The notes: a model not told the origin generated them from the sequence alone. 64,000 nt of DNA from an uncultured Gammaproteobacteria bacterium (GCA_963729605.1 CAVSNY010000007.1:1280001-1344000), one strand, 5' to 3'; shown: positions 13,297 through 23,788, numbered from the stretch's first letter. Translations and numbers: made by a program.

Positions 13297-14231
13297 TGAC
13301 CGCGTCGACTCCCTCGGCATCGCAGCATGACCTGGCGCGCATCGTCGCCGCCAACCGCCGTGTCGACGTGGTGATGGCCAGCGTCGGTATCGTGATATTG
13401 ATGATCGCCACCGCCATGCTCGCCGCCGTCTTCATCGATCTGGTGGCGAGCGGTTGGGCGCGGCTGGTCAATCCGGATTTCTATATCAACTTCCCGTCGC
13501 GCCATCCTGAAAAGGCCGGCATTATCTCCGCCATGGTGGGGACCAGCCTGGTGATGTTGACCACGGCCGTGATCGCCATCCCCCTCGGCGTGGCGGCCGG
13601 ACTGTATTTGGAAGAGTATGCGCCGAAGAACTGGCTGACGGATCTCATCGAAATCAACGTCAGCAACCTGGCCGGGGTGCCGTCCATCATTTACGGCCTG
13701 TTGGCGCTGGGTCTGTTCGTCTACGGTTTCGATCTCGGCGAGACCGTGCTTACCGCCGGGCTGACGCTGGCCCTGCTGATTCTGCCGGTGATCATCGTCG
13801 CCACCCGCGAGGCGGTGCGCGGCATTCCGCAAGACTTGCGCGAAGCGGCCTACGGCCTCGGCGCCGACAAGTGGCAGGCGGTGCGCCTCTACGTGCTGCC
13901 GGCGGCCCGCCCCGGGATTCTCACCGGCATCATCGTGGGACTGGCGCGCGCCATCGGCGAGGCGGCACCGGTGATCACCATCGGCGCGCTCACCTTCATC
14001 GCCTTCCTGCCGCCCGCCCCGTGGCAGGCCGAGCCGCCGTTCATCAATTTCGACTGGCTCACCAGCCCGTTTACGGTCATGCCCATCCAGATGTTCAACT
14101 GGGTATCCCGGCCGCAGGCGGAATTTCATATCAACGCCGCCGCCACCGGCGTGGTGCTGATGGTGATGACGCTGGCGATGAACGCGCTCGCGATTTACAT
14201 CCGTTTACGCCTGCGCCGGCAGCAACGCTGA
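13296..14231 (+). CDS. pstA: Phosphate ABC transporter permease PstA
   Basis: [37 protein letters not shown]; TGATG overlap with the pstC stop. Confidence 0.95.
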   Translation: MTASTPSASQHDLARIVAANRRVDVVMASVGIVILMIATAMLAAVFIDLVASGWARLVNPDFYINFPSRHPEKAGIISAMVGTSLVMLTTAVIAIPLGVAAGLYLEEYAPKNWLTDLIEINVSNLAGVPSIIYGLLALGLFVYGFDLGETVLTAGLTLALLILPVIIVATREAVRGIPQDLREAAYGLGADKWQAVRLYVLPAARPGILTGIIVGLARAIGEAAPVITIGALTFIAFLPPAPWQAEPPFINFDWLTSPFTVMPIQMFNWVSRPQAEFHINAAATGVVLMVMTLAMNALAIYIRLRLRRQQR

Positions 14232-14253
14232 GTACGGCGAGGGACTTCCGACC

Positions 14254-15102
14254 ATGCAACGACAAGCGAAAAAACCTATGAACGAGACTATTACGCGAGA
14301 CGCCGTCGAACCGGCGCGTGAGGTGCCGCCCGTGGTGGCCGGTGCGCCCGCGCTGCGGGCCGAGGTGCGCAAACTCAGTTTTTGGTACGGCGGCACCCAG
14401 GCGCTGCAGGCGGTCGATCTGCCGGTGTCGGATAGAAAGGTCACCGCCCTGATCGGGCCGTCGGGTTGCGGCAAAAGCACGCTGCTGCGCAGTTTCAACC
14501 GCATGCACGATCTCTATCCCGGCAACCGCTACAGCGGCGAGATTCGCCTCTACCCCGAGAATCGTAATCTGATCGAGATGGAGCCCGGCTTGGTGCGATT
14601 GCGCATCGGCATGGTGTTCCAGAAGCCCAATCCCTTTCCGAAATCTATCTACGAAAATGTGGCGGCCGGTCTGCAGGTGCGGGGCATAGTCAACAAGAAA
14701 ATCTTGGACGAGCGTGTCGAGCAGGCGCTGCGCGGCGCCGCGTTGTGGGACGAGGTCAAGGACCGCTTGCGTGATTCGGCTTACGGACTATCGGGCGGAC
14801 AGCAGCAACGGCTTTGCATCGCACGCGCGCTGGCGCCGCAACCCGACATCCTGCTGCTCGATGAACCCACGTCGGCGCTGGACCCGATCGCCACCGCCAA
14901 GATCGAAGACTTGCTCACCGAGCTGCGCGGTACGGTGACGGTCATCATCGTCACTCATAACATGCAGCAGGCCGCGCGAATCTCCGATTTCACGGCCTAT
15001 ATGCATCTCGGCAAGCTGGTGGAATACGCCGTCACCGACGAGTTGTTCACCGTACCCCGGCATCAGCTGACCCGAGACTACATCACCGGCCGTTTCGGTT
15101 AA
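14254..15102 (+). CDS. pstB: Phosphate ABC transporter ATP-binding protein
   Basis: GPSGCGKST Walker [33 protein letters not shown]-terminal DYITGRFG. Confidence 0.96.
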   Translation: MQRQAKKPMNETITRDAVEPAREVPPVVAGAPALRAEVRKLSFWYGGTQALQAVDLPVSDRKVTALIGPSGCGKSTLLRSFNRMHDLYPGNRYSGEIRLYPENRNLIEMEPGLVRLRIGMVFQKPNPFPKSIYENVAAGLQVRGIVNKKILDERVEQALRGAALWDEVKDRLRDSAYGLSGGQQQRLCIARALAPQPDILLLDEPTSALDPIATAKIEDLLTELRGTVTVIIVTHNMQQAARISDFTAYMHLGKLVEYAVTDELFTVPRHQLTRDYITGRFG

Positions 15103-15122
15103 CCGCGCGGATAAGGAATACC

Positions 15123-15821
15123 ATGAACGATAAGCACACCCTGCGTATTTTCGACGAAGACCTCAAGGCGCTGAGTGAGGAGGTGATACATCTCGCCATC
15201 CGCGTCGCCGAGGAGCTCGACGCCGCCCTCGAGGTTTTGCTCACGGGGGATGCCGCGGCGGCCCGGGCCGTCATCGACAGCGATCGCCAAGCCGACGATT
15301 TGCAGGACCGGATCAATCACCACACCGCCCGCACCCTGGCGCGGCAGCAGGCCATGGCCGACGACTTGCGCGCCATCCTGGCCGCCGCGCGTATCGCGCC
15401 TCACCTGGAACGTATCGGCGATTACGCCAAGAATACCGCCAAGCGCAGCCAGCGCCTGACTCAGCCCATCGACGCCGAACTCGCGGCGCAGTACCGCTGG
15501 ATGGTCATCCGCATCCAATCCATGCTGCGCCGGGTGACCGAGGCTTACGCCCAGCACGATGCCCGCGCGGCCAATGTCGCCTGGGCGGACGATGCCGAGC
15601 TGGACGCCGTCTACGCCAAGCTCTTCGAGCGTCTGCTGGACATCATGCGTGAAGACAGCCGCCGCGTGGCCGACGGCACTCAGTTGCTGTTCATCGCCAA
15701 AGGATTGGAACGGGCCGGCGATCATGTCACCGACATCGCCGAAGAGGTGTATCTGATGGTGACGGGCAAACCCTTGCAAGGTCCGCGGCCCAAGGTGGAC
15801 GAACAGGGTGGAAGCCTCTGA
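15123..15821 (+). CDS. phoU: Phosphate signalling complex protein PhoU
   Basis: ARQQAMADDLR, LERIGDYAKN and LERAGDHVTDIAE repeats; follows pstB. Confidence 0.93.
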   Translation: MNDKHTLRIFDEDLKALSEEVIHLAIRVAEELDAALEVLLTGDAAAARAVIDSDRQADDLQDRINHHTARTLARQQAMADDLRAILAAARIAPHLERIGDYAKNTAKRSQRLTQPIDAELAAQYRWMVIRIQSMLRRVTEAYAQHDARAANVAWADDAELDAVYAKLFERLLDIMREDSRRVADGTQLLFIAKGLERAGDHVTDIAEEVYLMVTGKPLQGPRPKVDEQGGSL

Positions 15822-15972
15822 GCCACGCGGAGGCCGCGCCACGGACATCTGAAGCCCAAGTATTCCGCCGCGGTGTTCAACGCTTGGTCATCGATCTGAA
15901 GAAAAATGAAAATCGCGCGGTCGCCTTCCGGGCAGGGAGGCCAATGCCGCGGATATAGGGGCACGGGCCGTG

Positions 15973-15989
15973 TCCTGAAATTTTCAGGA
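15973..15989. promoter_or_regulatory. Perfect 8-1-8 palindrome upstream of arsC (candidate repressor operator)
   Basis: TCCTGAAA-T-TTTCAGGA, ~75 bp before the arsC start. The regulator is not identified. Confidence 0.45.
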
Positions 15990-16063
15990 TGGAATTATTC
16001 AGAGCTTCCCTAAGAAAAGCTGCGGTAACATGGCCTTTATCCCGTTGCTGCTGAGGAATCGTT

Positions 16064-16498
16064 ATGAATCTGCTGTTTCTTTGTACCGGTAATTCCTGCC
16101 GTTCGCAGATGGCCGAGGGCTGGGCGAAAAAATGCGCGCCGGCCGGCTGGAGCATTGAATCGGCCGGCATCGAAGCGCACGGCAAGAATCCCCGCGCCAT
16201 TGCGGTGATGGGGGAAGCGGGCGTCGATATCTCGCAACAGGCATCGACTCGATTGACCGATGCCATGCTGCGGCGCGCCGATTATCTGGTGACCGTCTGC
16301 GGTCACGCCGACGAGCATTGCCCGGCGCTGCCCGCGGCGATCCGCAAGGAGCACTGGCCGCTCAACGATCCGGCCAAGGCCACGGGCACGGAAGAAGAGA
16401 TCATGGCGGTGTTTCGTGCCACTCGCGACGAGGTTCGCGCTCGAACCGAAGATCTGATCGCGCGCCTGGCGCGCGAGGAGGCCGCGGCGGGGGCCTAA
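16064..16498 (+). CDS. arsC: Arsenate reductase, thioredoxin-coupled (LMW-PTP fold)
   Basis: CTGNSCRSQMAEG P-loop, VCGHADEHCP resolving cysteines, HWPLNDPA; adjacent to acr3. Confidence 0.92.
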   Translation: MNLLFLCTGNSCRSQMAEGWAKKCAPAGWSIESAGIEAHGKNPRAIAVMGEAGVDISQQASTRLTDAMLRRADYLVTVCGHADEHCPALPAAIRKEHWPLNDPAKATGTEEEIMAVFRATRDEVRARTEDLIARLAREEAAAGA

Positions 16499-16548
16499 CA
16501 GTCCCGAACCGCAAGCGCAAGCACGCATCGGCGAGGTCCCGGGCAACG

Positions 16549-17673
16549 ATGAATACGCAAACTGAAACCGCGGTGAAGAAAGACGGCGCCGGAATAGGTT
16601 TTTTCGAGCGCTATCTGACGGTCTGGGTGTTGCTGTGCATTATCGCGGGTATCGCCCTGGGACATTTTTTCAACGGGGCGTTCCAGGTGATCGGCTCGCT
16701 GGAAGTGGCGCGGGTCAATCTGCCGGTGGCGGTGCTGGTTTGGCTGATGATCATTCCCATGCTGCTCAAGATCGATCTGCGCGCGCTCAGCGGAGTGCGC
16801 CGGCATCTGCGCGGCGTGGGCGTGACGCTGTTCGTCAACTGGGCGGTCAAACCTTTTTCCATGGCGGTGCTGGCCTGGCTGTTTATCGGCTGGTGGTTCC
16901 GTGACTGGCTGCCGGCGGATCAGATCGACGGTTATATCGCCGGACTGATCATACTCGCCGCGGCGCCGTGTACCGCCATGGTGTTCGTCTGGAGTCATCT
17001 GTCGCGCGGCGAGCCGCACTTCACGCTGTCGCAGGTGGCGCTCAACGACGTCATCATGATCTTTGCCTTCGCGCCGATTGTTGGATTGTTGCTGGGGCTA
17101 TCGGCCATCAGCGTGCCCTGGGAGACATTGCTGTTGTCGGTGGCGCTTTATATCGTCGTGCCGCTGATCATCGCCGGTCTGTGGCGCCGCCGGCTGCTTA
17201 AGGGTGAGCATGGCGATGCACGTTTGCAGCGGGTGCTGGAACGCCTGCACTTCCTGTCGGTGACGGCCCTGCTGGTCACGCTGGTCCTGCTGTTCGGTTT
17301 TCAAGGCGCGCAGATCATCGCCCAGCCGCTGGTGATCGCGCTGCTGGCAGTGCCGATTCTGATCCAGGTGTTCTTCAACTCCGGCCTGGCTTATTTTCTC
17401 AATCGCGCGGTACGCTCGCCGCACTGTGTGGCGGGACCTTCGGCGCTGATCGGCGCGAGCAATTTCTTTGAACTGGCGGTCGCCACCGCGATCGTCCTGT
17501 TCGGCTTCGAGTCCGGCGCCGCGCTCGCGACGGTGGTCGGTGTGTTGATCGAAGTGCCGGCGATGTTGGCGGTGGTCGCCGTCGTCAATCGCAGCCGCGC
17601 CTGGTACGAGCGTCGCGCCGGTGTACCGACCTACGAGCAATGTTGTCCCCCGGCCGCGCCTGCCAGCCGATGA
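16549..17673 (+). CDS. acr3: Arsenite efflux pump, ACR3 family
   Basis: FFERYLTVWV, NWAVKPFSM, AAAPCTAMVFVWS, QVALND, GASNFFELAVA, GVLIEVP. Confidence 0.94.
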   Translation: MNTQTETAVKKDGAGIGFFERYLTVWVLLCIIAGIALGHFFNGAFQVIGSLEVARVNLPVAVLVWLMIIPMLLKIDLRALSGVRRHLRGVGVTLFVNWAVKPFSMAVLAWLFIGWWFRDWLPADQIDGYIAGLIILAAAPCTAMVFVWSHLSRGEPHFTLSQVALNDVIMIFAFAPIVGLLLGLSAISVPWETLLLSVALYIVVPLIIAGLWRRRLLKGEHGDARLQRVLERLHFLSVTALLVTLVLLFGFQGAQIIAQPLVIALLAVPILIQVFFNSGLAYFLNRAVRSPHCVAGPSALIGASNFFELAVATAIVLFGFESGAALATVVGVLIEVPAMLAVVAVVNRSRAWYERRAGVPTYEQCCPPAAPASR

Positions 17674-17881
17674 CCGGTGGGGGCCCGCGTGGCGGAGCGG
17701 ATTGGTTGTGGAACAGGGTCGCGGCGTCATGTCCCGTTCCTGGCTGTTCACGATGGATAAACTCGGTCAAGATGATGCGCCTGGCCAGATGCCATTGGTT
17801 TATGCGCCGACCGAATAAAAGAGTAAGCGACCCTTGAGTCGAGTCCGCGCATCGAGGCCTTTCTACGTATAGAGGGAAAAG

Positions 17882-19684
17882 ATGCGCACTCACACCGAGA
17901 AATCCGCCGACGAACACGCCCAGGCCGAGCTTGCCGGCGCCAAAAAACGCAGTGACGCCGCGGCCGTTCAATTCGAAGACCAGCGGTCCGCCGCCCTGGC
18001 GCAAAGGCAATTAAAACAAGCGGCCGATGCCAGCCCGCAGGTAAAACAACTGCAAGCCGCCCAGCAGGCGTCCGACCGCAAACTCACGCCGGGCGCCGCG
18101 CTGGCGCCGGTTCAAAATGCTAATCGGACCGGATTGCCCGATGGATTGAAGACGGGTATCGAAACCCTTTCCGGCCACTCCCTGGACGATGTGAAGGTGC
18201 ACTACAACTCGCCGCGACCGGCGCAGTTGCAGGCCTTGGCCTATGCGCAAGGCGCGGATATTCATATGGGACCGGGTCAGGAAAAACACCTGCCCCACGA
18301 GGCGTGGCATGTGGTGCAGCAGAAACAGGGGCGGGTAAAACCCGGCGTGCGGACACGGGACGACTCCATCAATACCGATCAGGCGCTGGAACACGAAGCG
18401 GATCGGATGGGCGCGCAGGCGCTGAGCGCGGCACGCGAAGCACAGGCGCAGCTTGAACCGGGTATGCAATTGCGGCGCAATCCGGCGGACGGGCCGGTGG
18501 CGCAATTGAAACCCGTCACCGTCACCGTGACGGGCATCACCCATCTGGTGGCGATGAGCGGCGGTTCGGTCATGGAAGGCCGCGAGTATCTGGAAGTGGG
18601 GGAACGCGACGCGCTTTTAATCGACACCGAGGTGAAATACCGTTCCCGGCGCGGGCCCAATCAGAAAATATACGGCGAGTCGGACGAAGAGGGGCCGCAG
18701 GTCTATCGCTGGTTCAAGGTGCTGCAAGTGAACGGCAAGCCGGTGCCGGAGAATATCTTTATCCGCGACGAGACCTTCGTGGCGGAGAGCCCGGAGTTGC
18801 TGGGCAGGCGTCCCGCGAAACTCGATCCTACTCAGCGCGACCGCGTGACACCGGAAGAAGAACCCTTGTTCGTCATTGCCGGCGAGATCGTCGGCAGGGC
18901 GGCCGCGGTCGCGCCCCAGGACGGTGCCATGCGCCGTTTGGTCGAAACCTGGAAGTCGTTCAAAAAGCCCGGTCACGATGTGATGAAGACCTACAAATTG
19001 ATGCAGGTCTGTTATGCCTTGAGCGTCCATCCGCGCATCGCGGTCTTGCTGAAGGACGAGGCGGGCGTAATAAAAGTCAAAAGGATCGTCGCCATCGTGG
19101 CCGGTATCATCGGCCGGCAAATCATCCAGGAGTGGTCTTCCAATCCCAGCGATGACATCGCGAAAAGAGGCGAGGCCTGGACGTTTTTCTGCGACGGGGT
19201 GGAGTATTTGTCGAAGCGGCAGGATCAGCTCAATACGTATTTCGCCAATTGTCTGGAACACGACAAAGGGTATGGCCAAACCCATGCGTCGGCTTCCGAC
19301 TATCTGTTATTCAGCGTCGAATCCAGCGGCGGGGTGGAAGACAGTTTCGTCGATGTGCTGCGCAGGGCCTTGCATGAGCATTCCAATACCAACATCTGGG
19401 ACGGCGGACAGGCCGGCAGCGGTAAATTGAGCGATCAGCTCACGCGCGCGGTTGAAACCGAAACCATGAAGAGCCGGAAACCCGTCGTGCAAGAAGACAT
19501 GATGTGGTCGAGGATCGTGACCGCCGTCATCGACGCCAAGAACCCGGTGCAAAAGGAATGGGCCTACGCCGCCATCATCCGGAAAAACGCCGCGACGCTG
19601 TTCGAGACGGTGAGGCGGTTGGTTCCTACGACTTTCCCCTTGAGTATGGATAGACTCGAAGACGTGTTGTCTCTATTTGGCTAA
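17882..19684 (+). CDS. DUF4157 (eCIS core domain) protein with an unassigned C-terminal region; putative eCIS effector
   Basis: TGLPDGLKTGIETLSGHSLDDVKVHYNS...AQLQALAYAQGADIH...HLPHEAWHVVQQKQGRV...LEHEADRMG is the DUF4157 signature (HExxH). Lies 1 kb upstream of the eCIS on the same strand. Confidence 0.85.
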   Translation: MRTHTEKSADEHAQAELAGAKKRSDAAAVQFEDQRSAALAQRQLKQAADASPQVKQLQAAQQASDRKLTPGAALAPVQNANRTGLPDGLKTGIETLSGHSLDDVKVHYNSPRPAQLQALAYAQGADIHMGPGQEKHLPHEAWHVVQQKQGRVKPGVRTRDDSINTDQALEHEADRMGAQALSAAREAQAQLEPGMQLRRNPADGPVAQLKPVTVTVTGITHLVAMSGGSVMEGREYLEVGERDALLIDTEVKYRSRRGPNQKIYGESDEEGPQVYRWFKVLQVNGKPVPENIFIRDETFVAESPELLGRRPAKLDPTQRDRVTPEEEPLFVIAGEIVGRAAAVAPQDGAMRRLVETWKSFKKPGHDVMKTYKLMQVCYALSVHPRIAVLLKDEAGVIKVKRIVAIVAGIIGRQIIQEWSSNPSDDIAKRGEAWTFFCDGVEYLSKRQDQLNTYFANCLEHDKGYGQTHASASDYLLFSVESSGGVEDSFVDVLRRALHEHSNTNIWDGGQAGSGKLSDQLTRAVETETMKSRKPVVQEDMMWSRIVTAVIDAKNPVQKEWAYAAIIRKNAATLFETVRRLVPTTFPLSMDRLEDVLSLFG

Positions 19685-20721
19685 TCCCGCATTTAGATAA
19701 ACTCCCTGCTTGTATAGCGAATGCATCCCAGCATGATCGAGCAGCGATCCGTGCGAGAGAAATTATTGCGCGGCCGCGCGCTTGTGCGCGTCGGTTTATG
19801 ACAGCCGCCGCCGTCCTGTGAAAAAAATATTGACAGCATTTCTGTCGCATAAGCCTCAGCCGCATGATGGATGGATTTTATTGATATCGATTCAGCTAAA
19901 TGTAGCGAGATGTAGCGAGGGTGCCGCAAGTTGAAGATCGTGTTGAAGGATGAGTGGTAATTGATTGGCCTTGTTATCATTCAGCGTGGAAATGCCATGG
20001 GCGGGCTTGCCGGCTAACATAATGTTAGACACAAAAGAGAATTGCGCTCGGGCGTGAGTAGGTGTAGAAAGAATCCACGCAGTTGGTCATACGAAAAAAA
20101 ATAACAGTCAGCTCATGATGAGTTGACCCACAACAAAGTGCCTTTAGGGAATCCGGCCGGATGGTGGTGGCTGGGTTCACTGTTAGGCGGGCGGCCTTCA
20201 AAGGTCTGCCATCGACGACGCCATAACGGGTGTGGTTCTGGAGGGATGCGACATGGAAGCGGGGTTGGCGATGTTTTCCGATGGAGGTGCACCCATCGAG
20301 GCGGATAATCAGCGCCATGTTTATCCGAGCCAGGCAATAAAAAAATCACGTCGACGTTCACTTGTTCAAAATGGCGCTTTTCCGGCGCCGATTCCCCGCG
20401 CAATCCTTAGATTCGACACTGGCCGATATGCGGTCCCGCGGCCGCATGCGGGCGATGATTCCAGTTTTCCCCTTGGCGGATTTCGCACGGCTACGCCGCG
20501 GCTTGAATTTTCTTTCGGACGGAAAATCCCGGTCGTCCGCCACGGCGATTTATTGCGCGGGCATTGCTCGCGGGCTGCGTCGTTAACCAGGCCGACCGTT
20601 TCAAGTCGGGATATCATCCGCCGTTGCGGTCGCCCGCGCGCTTGACGCGTCGGGATGAGTAGAAATTTTTCCGTTGTAACCGAAAAGTCACGCGTATAAA
20701 TAATAATTAGGATTTCGACTG

Positions 20722-21294
20722 ATGATCGACGCCGCTATCAGCCATATTGCAGGTCAATTGAATCAATACTTAAAAAGTATTTTCGAATTGAGCGAGGATG
20801 TGGTGGTGATCTCCAATATCTTGGAACAAGATGGCAATGTGGCCTCCCACATCAATAACAAGCTCGTGGTGTTTCTGGTCAACATCGAAAGGGACACCTC
20901 GCCGCAACGCCAGCCCAACGGTGTGCCGGGCGGTGAGCGGGCGGTGGTGGGGTTTCCGCCGATCTATCTCAATTTATATCTGATGTTCGCCGGCCACTTC
21001 AGCGGCAAGAATTATCCGGAGGCGCTTAAATTCGTCTCGAATACCATCGCCTTTTTTCAGGGGCATCCGGTATTCGATCATCACAATTCACCGGACTTAG
21101 ATCGACGCATCGACAAGCTGGTGCTGGATATCGAAAACCTGAATTTGAAAGATCTGGGTGCCTTGTGGGGGGCGCTCAGCGGCAAATACCTGCCTTCGGT
21201 ACTCTACAAGATCCGCATGGTCGCGGTGGACGCGGGTGACGTAAATACCCAGGTGCCGACCCTGAAAACTCCGCAAAATTCGTTCAATCACTAG
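20722..21294 (+). CDS. DUF4255 tail terminator/cap protein (Afp16/Pvc16-like)
   Basis: KLVVFLVNIERD, PPIYLNLYLMF, YPEALKFVS..IAFFQ, LWGALSGKYLPSVLYKIRM; first gene of the cluster. Confidence 0.85.
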   Translation: MIDAAISHIAGQLNQYLKSIFELSEDVVVISNILEQDGNVASHINNKLVVFLVNIERDTSPQRQPNGVPGGERAVVGFPPIYLNLYLMFAGHFSGKNYPEALKFVSNTIAFFQGHPVFDHHNSPDLDRRIDKLVLDIENLNLKDLGALWGALSGKYLPSVLYKIRMVAVDAGDVNTQVPTLKTPQNSFNH

Positions 21295-21303
21295 CCGATA
21301 GCC

Positions 21304-22167
21304 ATGGGTGCGTATCTTCCGTTATTCAGCATCGAGGTGGAGCACCGCTTCTTCGCGGCGGGACTCGCTCCGTCATTGACATTCGTGCCGACGCCGGCCT
21401 GCGCGCGCCTGATCGATAACGCGAGTCTCCTGAGAAGAGACACCAACAACGGCCTCCGGTTGTTTTATGACAGCGCGCGCGCCGACGGCTTGCGGCTGTA
21501 TGCCGACGGCGACGAAGCGTGCACGCTGGGTTTCAAGGTCTACGCGCGCGATGCCTTGTTCATGAACTACACCGACCCGCTGACCTATCGGGACGAGGCC
21601 ATCCTCTATTTCGATAATCGCGCGGCCGGCGCCGTGGGCGGCAGGCTGCGTTTGCACCAGGCGGAACATGTGAACGATCGGGATTTCCAGCCTATCGACG
21701 CCGCCCGCGTCGCCGGCCTGCTCGATAAAAAGGATTTGCTGGTCCGGCCGTCGTTTCTGATCGACATCGTATTGGGAGAAGGCGGACTTGGTTTTGCCGA
21801 CTCCGATGCTCCAGTGGCGCGGAATTATTATCTGAGCTTCGACGCCCGCCGGACTTTTTGGAAATATTGCCTGATGGGTGATGCCGCCCGGAAAAATTTA
21901 TTCATAACCGATCTCGCCAATCAAGTGGGGTTCGAGGCCGCGGGTGAGGAAATCTTACCCGATCAACGAACCATGATGGTATTCAGGTCCACGTCGCCCA
22001 TTTCACTGCAAGAACGTTTCGATTATCGGTTCCAGTTGCGGGAACGGGGCACCGGCGCCGGCCGGGTGTTGATCAAACGATTGCCGGTCGCATCGGCGAA
22101 TCACCTCAATAGGGAAATCATCGATGGGGAAGAGCGGGTAGTTTCGGAAATTTATGTCAACTGCTAG
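21304..22167 (+). CDS. eCIS accessory protein between cap and sheath (cap-adaptor candidate)
   Basis: YLPLFSIEVEHRFF N-terminus, F.ARRTFWKY, FRSTSPISLQER, LIKRLP..S and VSEIYV motifs. The position matches the gene after DUF4255 in MAC/AlgoCIS-like loci. Function is inferred. Confidence 0.6.
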   Translation: MGAYLPLFSIEVEHRFFAAGLAPSLTFVPTPACARLIDNASLLRRDTNNGLRLFYDSARADGLRLYADGDEACTLGFKVYARDALFMNYTDPLTYRDEAILYFDNRAAGAVGGRLRLHQAEHVNDRDFQPIDAARVAGLLDKKDLLVRPSFLIDIVLGEGGLGFADSDAPVARNYYLSFDARRTFWKYCLMGDAARKNLFITDLANQVGFEAAGEEILPDQRTMMVFRSTSPISLQERFDYRFQLRERGTGAGRVLIKRLPVASANHLNREIIDGEERVVSEIYVNC

Positions 22168-22186
22168 TCACTGAAAGGACGAGATC

Positions 22187-23746
22187 ATGGGACAGATGAA
22201 GACGCCTGGCGTTTATATCGTAGAGAAAAACGCTTTTCCGAACTCCGTGGTCGAGGTGGCGACCGCGGTGCCGGCCTTTATCGGTTATACCGAGAAGGCA
22301 GACAACAAGGGAAAGGCCTTGGCCAACAAGCCGTGGCGGATCACCTCCATGGCGGAGTTTCATAATTATTTCGGATTTGCCCCGACGCCCTCCTTCGAAC
22401 TCGGCGTCAAGGACAAGCCCGCGGCCGGCGCGCCGCCCGTCCCCGCGGAGGAAGCGCCGGCGTTTTCCTATGCCGGCAAGGATTACACCCTGACCCACAA
22501 AGGCGGCAAATACCTGCTGTATTACAGCATGCTGCTGTTCTTTCAAAACGGCGGCGGGCCTTGCTACGTGGTGTCGGTCGGCAGTTATCAGGACGACATC
22601 GCCGCCGACAAGCTGCAACTGGGCATCGAGCTGCTGGTCAAGGAACAGGAACCCACCATGGTGGTGATACCCGACGCGGTATTGCTGGCCCAGCCGGATT
22701 GCATCAGCGTGCAGCAGGCGGCCTTGTCCCACTGCGGCGGAAAAATGAAAAACCGGGTGGCGATCCTCGATATCTGGGACGGCGCCAAGGATAGACAGGA
22801 TCCCGCCGGCGATCCCATCGAGAAATTCCGCGACGCCTTGGGAATAAATTTTCTCAATTACGCCGCGGCCTATTATCCCTGGGTGAACACCACCATCGTC
22901 CAGGACAAGGACCTGAGCTACGAAAACATCTCCAACAAGGACGTGCTGCAACAGGCGTTGCGGGACGAGCTGCATTTGCCGGACCAGGCCGATCCCACCG
23001 CGTCGGCCAAGGTCAAGCAGCAAATCGACGCGATCAACAACATCACCAGCGATTGGCAAGGGGTGAAGCCGGAAGAGGTCGATACCAATAAACTGCTGTT
23101 GAACAAGACCCTGGTCGTCATGAGTCCGTTGTTCGGCACCGTGTTGACGGAGATCAAGAACAAGCTCAACCTGCTGCCGCCCAGCGGCGCCATGGCCGGC
23201 GTGTACACCATGGTGGATAACGCCCGCGGGGTGTGGAAGGCGCCGGCCAACGTCAGTCTCAACGCGGTGGTGTCGCCGGCGGTGAACATCACCCACGACG
23301 AGCAGGAAGACCTCAACGTCACCACCCAGGGCAAATCGATCAACGCCATCCGCGCCTTCATCGGCGAAGGCACTTTGATTTGGGGCGCGCGGACCTTGGA
23401 CGGCAACAGCCTCGATTGGCGTTACGTCAACGTGCGGCGGACCATGATCATGCTGGAAGAGTCGATCCGGCTCGCCACCAAGGCCTATGTGTTCGAGCCC
23501 AACACCGCCAACACCTGGGTCACCATCAAGAGCATGATCCGCAATTTCCTGACCGGCATCTGGAAACGCGGCGGCCTGGCCGGCGCCTCGCCGGACGACG
23601 CCTTCAGCGTGCACGTCGGCCTGGGCGAGACCATGACCCCGGAGGATATTCTTGAAGGCATTTTGCGCGTCACGGTGCTGGTGGCGATTTCGCGCCCCGC
23701 GGAATTCATCGAGATCACCTTCCAACAGCAGATGCAGAAATCTTGA
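22187..23746 (+). CDS. Contractile tail sheath protein (Afp2/3/4-like)
   Basis: TPGVYIVE, TAVPAFIGYT, LPPSGAMAGVY, GVWKAPAN, WGARTL, WRYVNVRR, VFEPN, RPAEFI. Confidence 0.96.
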   Translation: MGQMKTPGVYIVEKNAFPNSVVEVATAVPAFIGYTEKADNKGKALANKPWRITSMAEFHNYFGFAPTPSFELGVKDKPAAGAPPVPAEEAPAFSYAGKDYTLTHKGGKYLLYYSMLLFFQNGGGPCYVVSVGSYQDDIAADKLQLGIELLVKEQEPTMVVIPDAVLLAQPDCISVQQAALSHCGGKMKNRVAILDIWDGAKDRQDPAGDPIEKFRDALGINFLNYAAAYYPWVNTTIVQDKDLSYENISNKDVLQQALRDELHLPDQADPTASAKVKQQIDAINNITSDWQGVKPEEVDTNKLLLNKTLVVMSPLFGTVLTEIKNKLNLLPPSGAMAGVYTMVDNARGVWKAPANVSLNAVVSPAVNITHDEQEDLNVTTQGKSINAIRAFIGEGTLIWGARTLDGNSLDWRYVNVRRTMIMLEESIRLATKAYVFEPNTANTWVTIKSMIRNFLTGIWKRGGLAGASPDDAFSVHVGLGETMTPEDILEGILRVTVLVAISRPAEFIEITFQQQMQKS

Positions 23747-23788
23747 GCGCGATTTTTAATAACGATGGACAGATAAAGGAGGAGCGTT

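Noticed and set aside
15850-16060. Possible arsR between phoU and arsC
   Set aside because: Only a 21-codon ORF ending in RCC and unconvincing antisense ORFs; no HTH pattern.
19685-20721. Short ORFs as immunity genes, or a c-di-GMP riboswitch
   Set aside because: The ORFs lack an RBS, host codon bias and motifs; I could not match a riboswitch consensus by eye.
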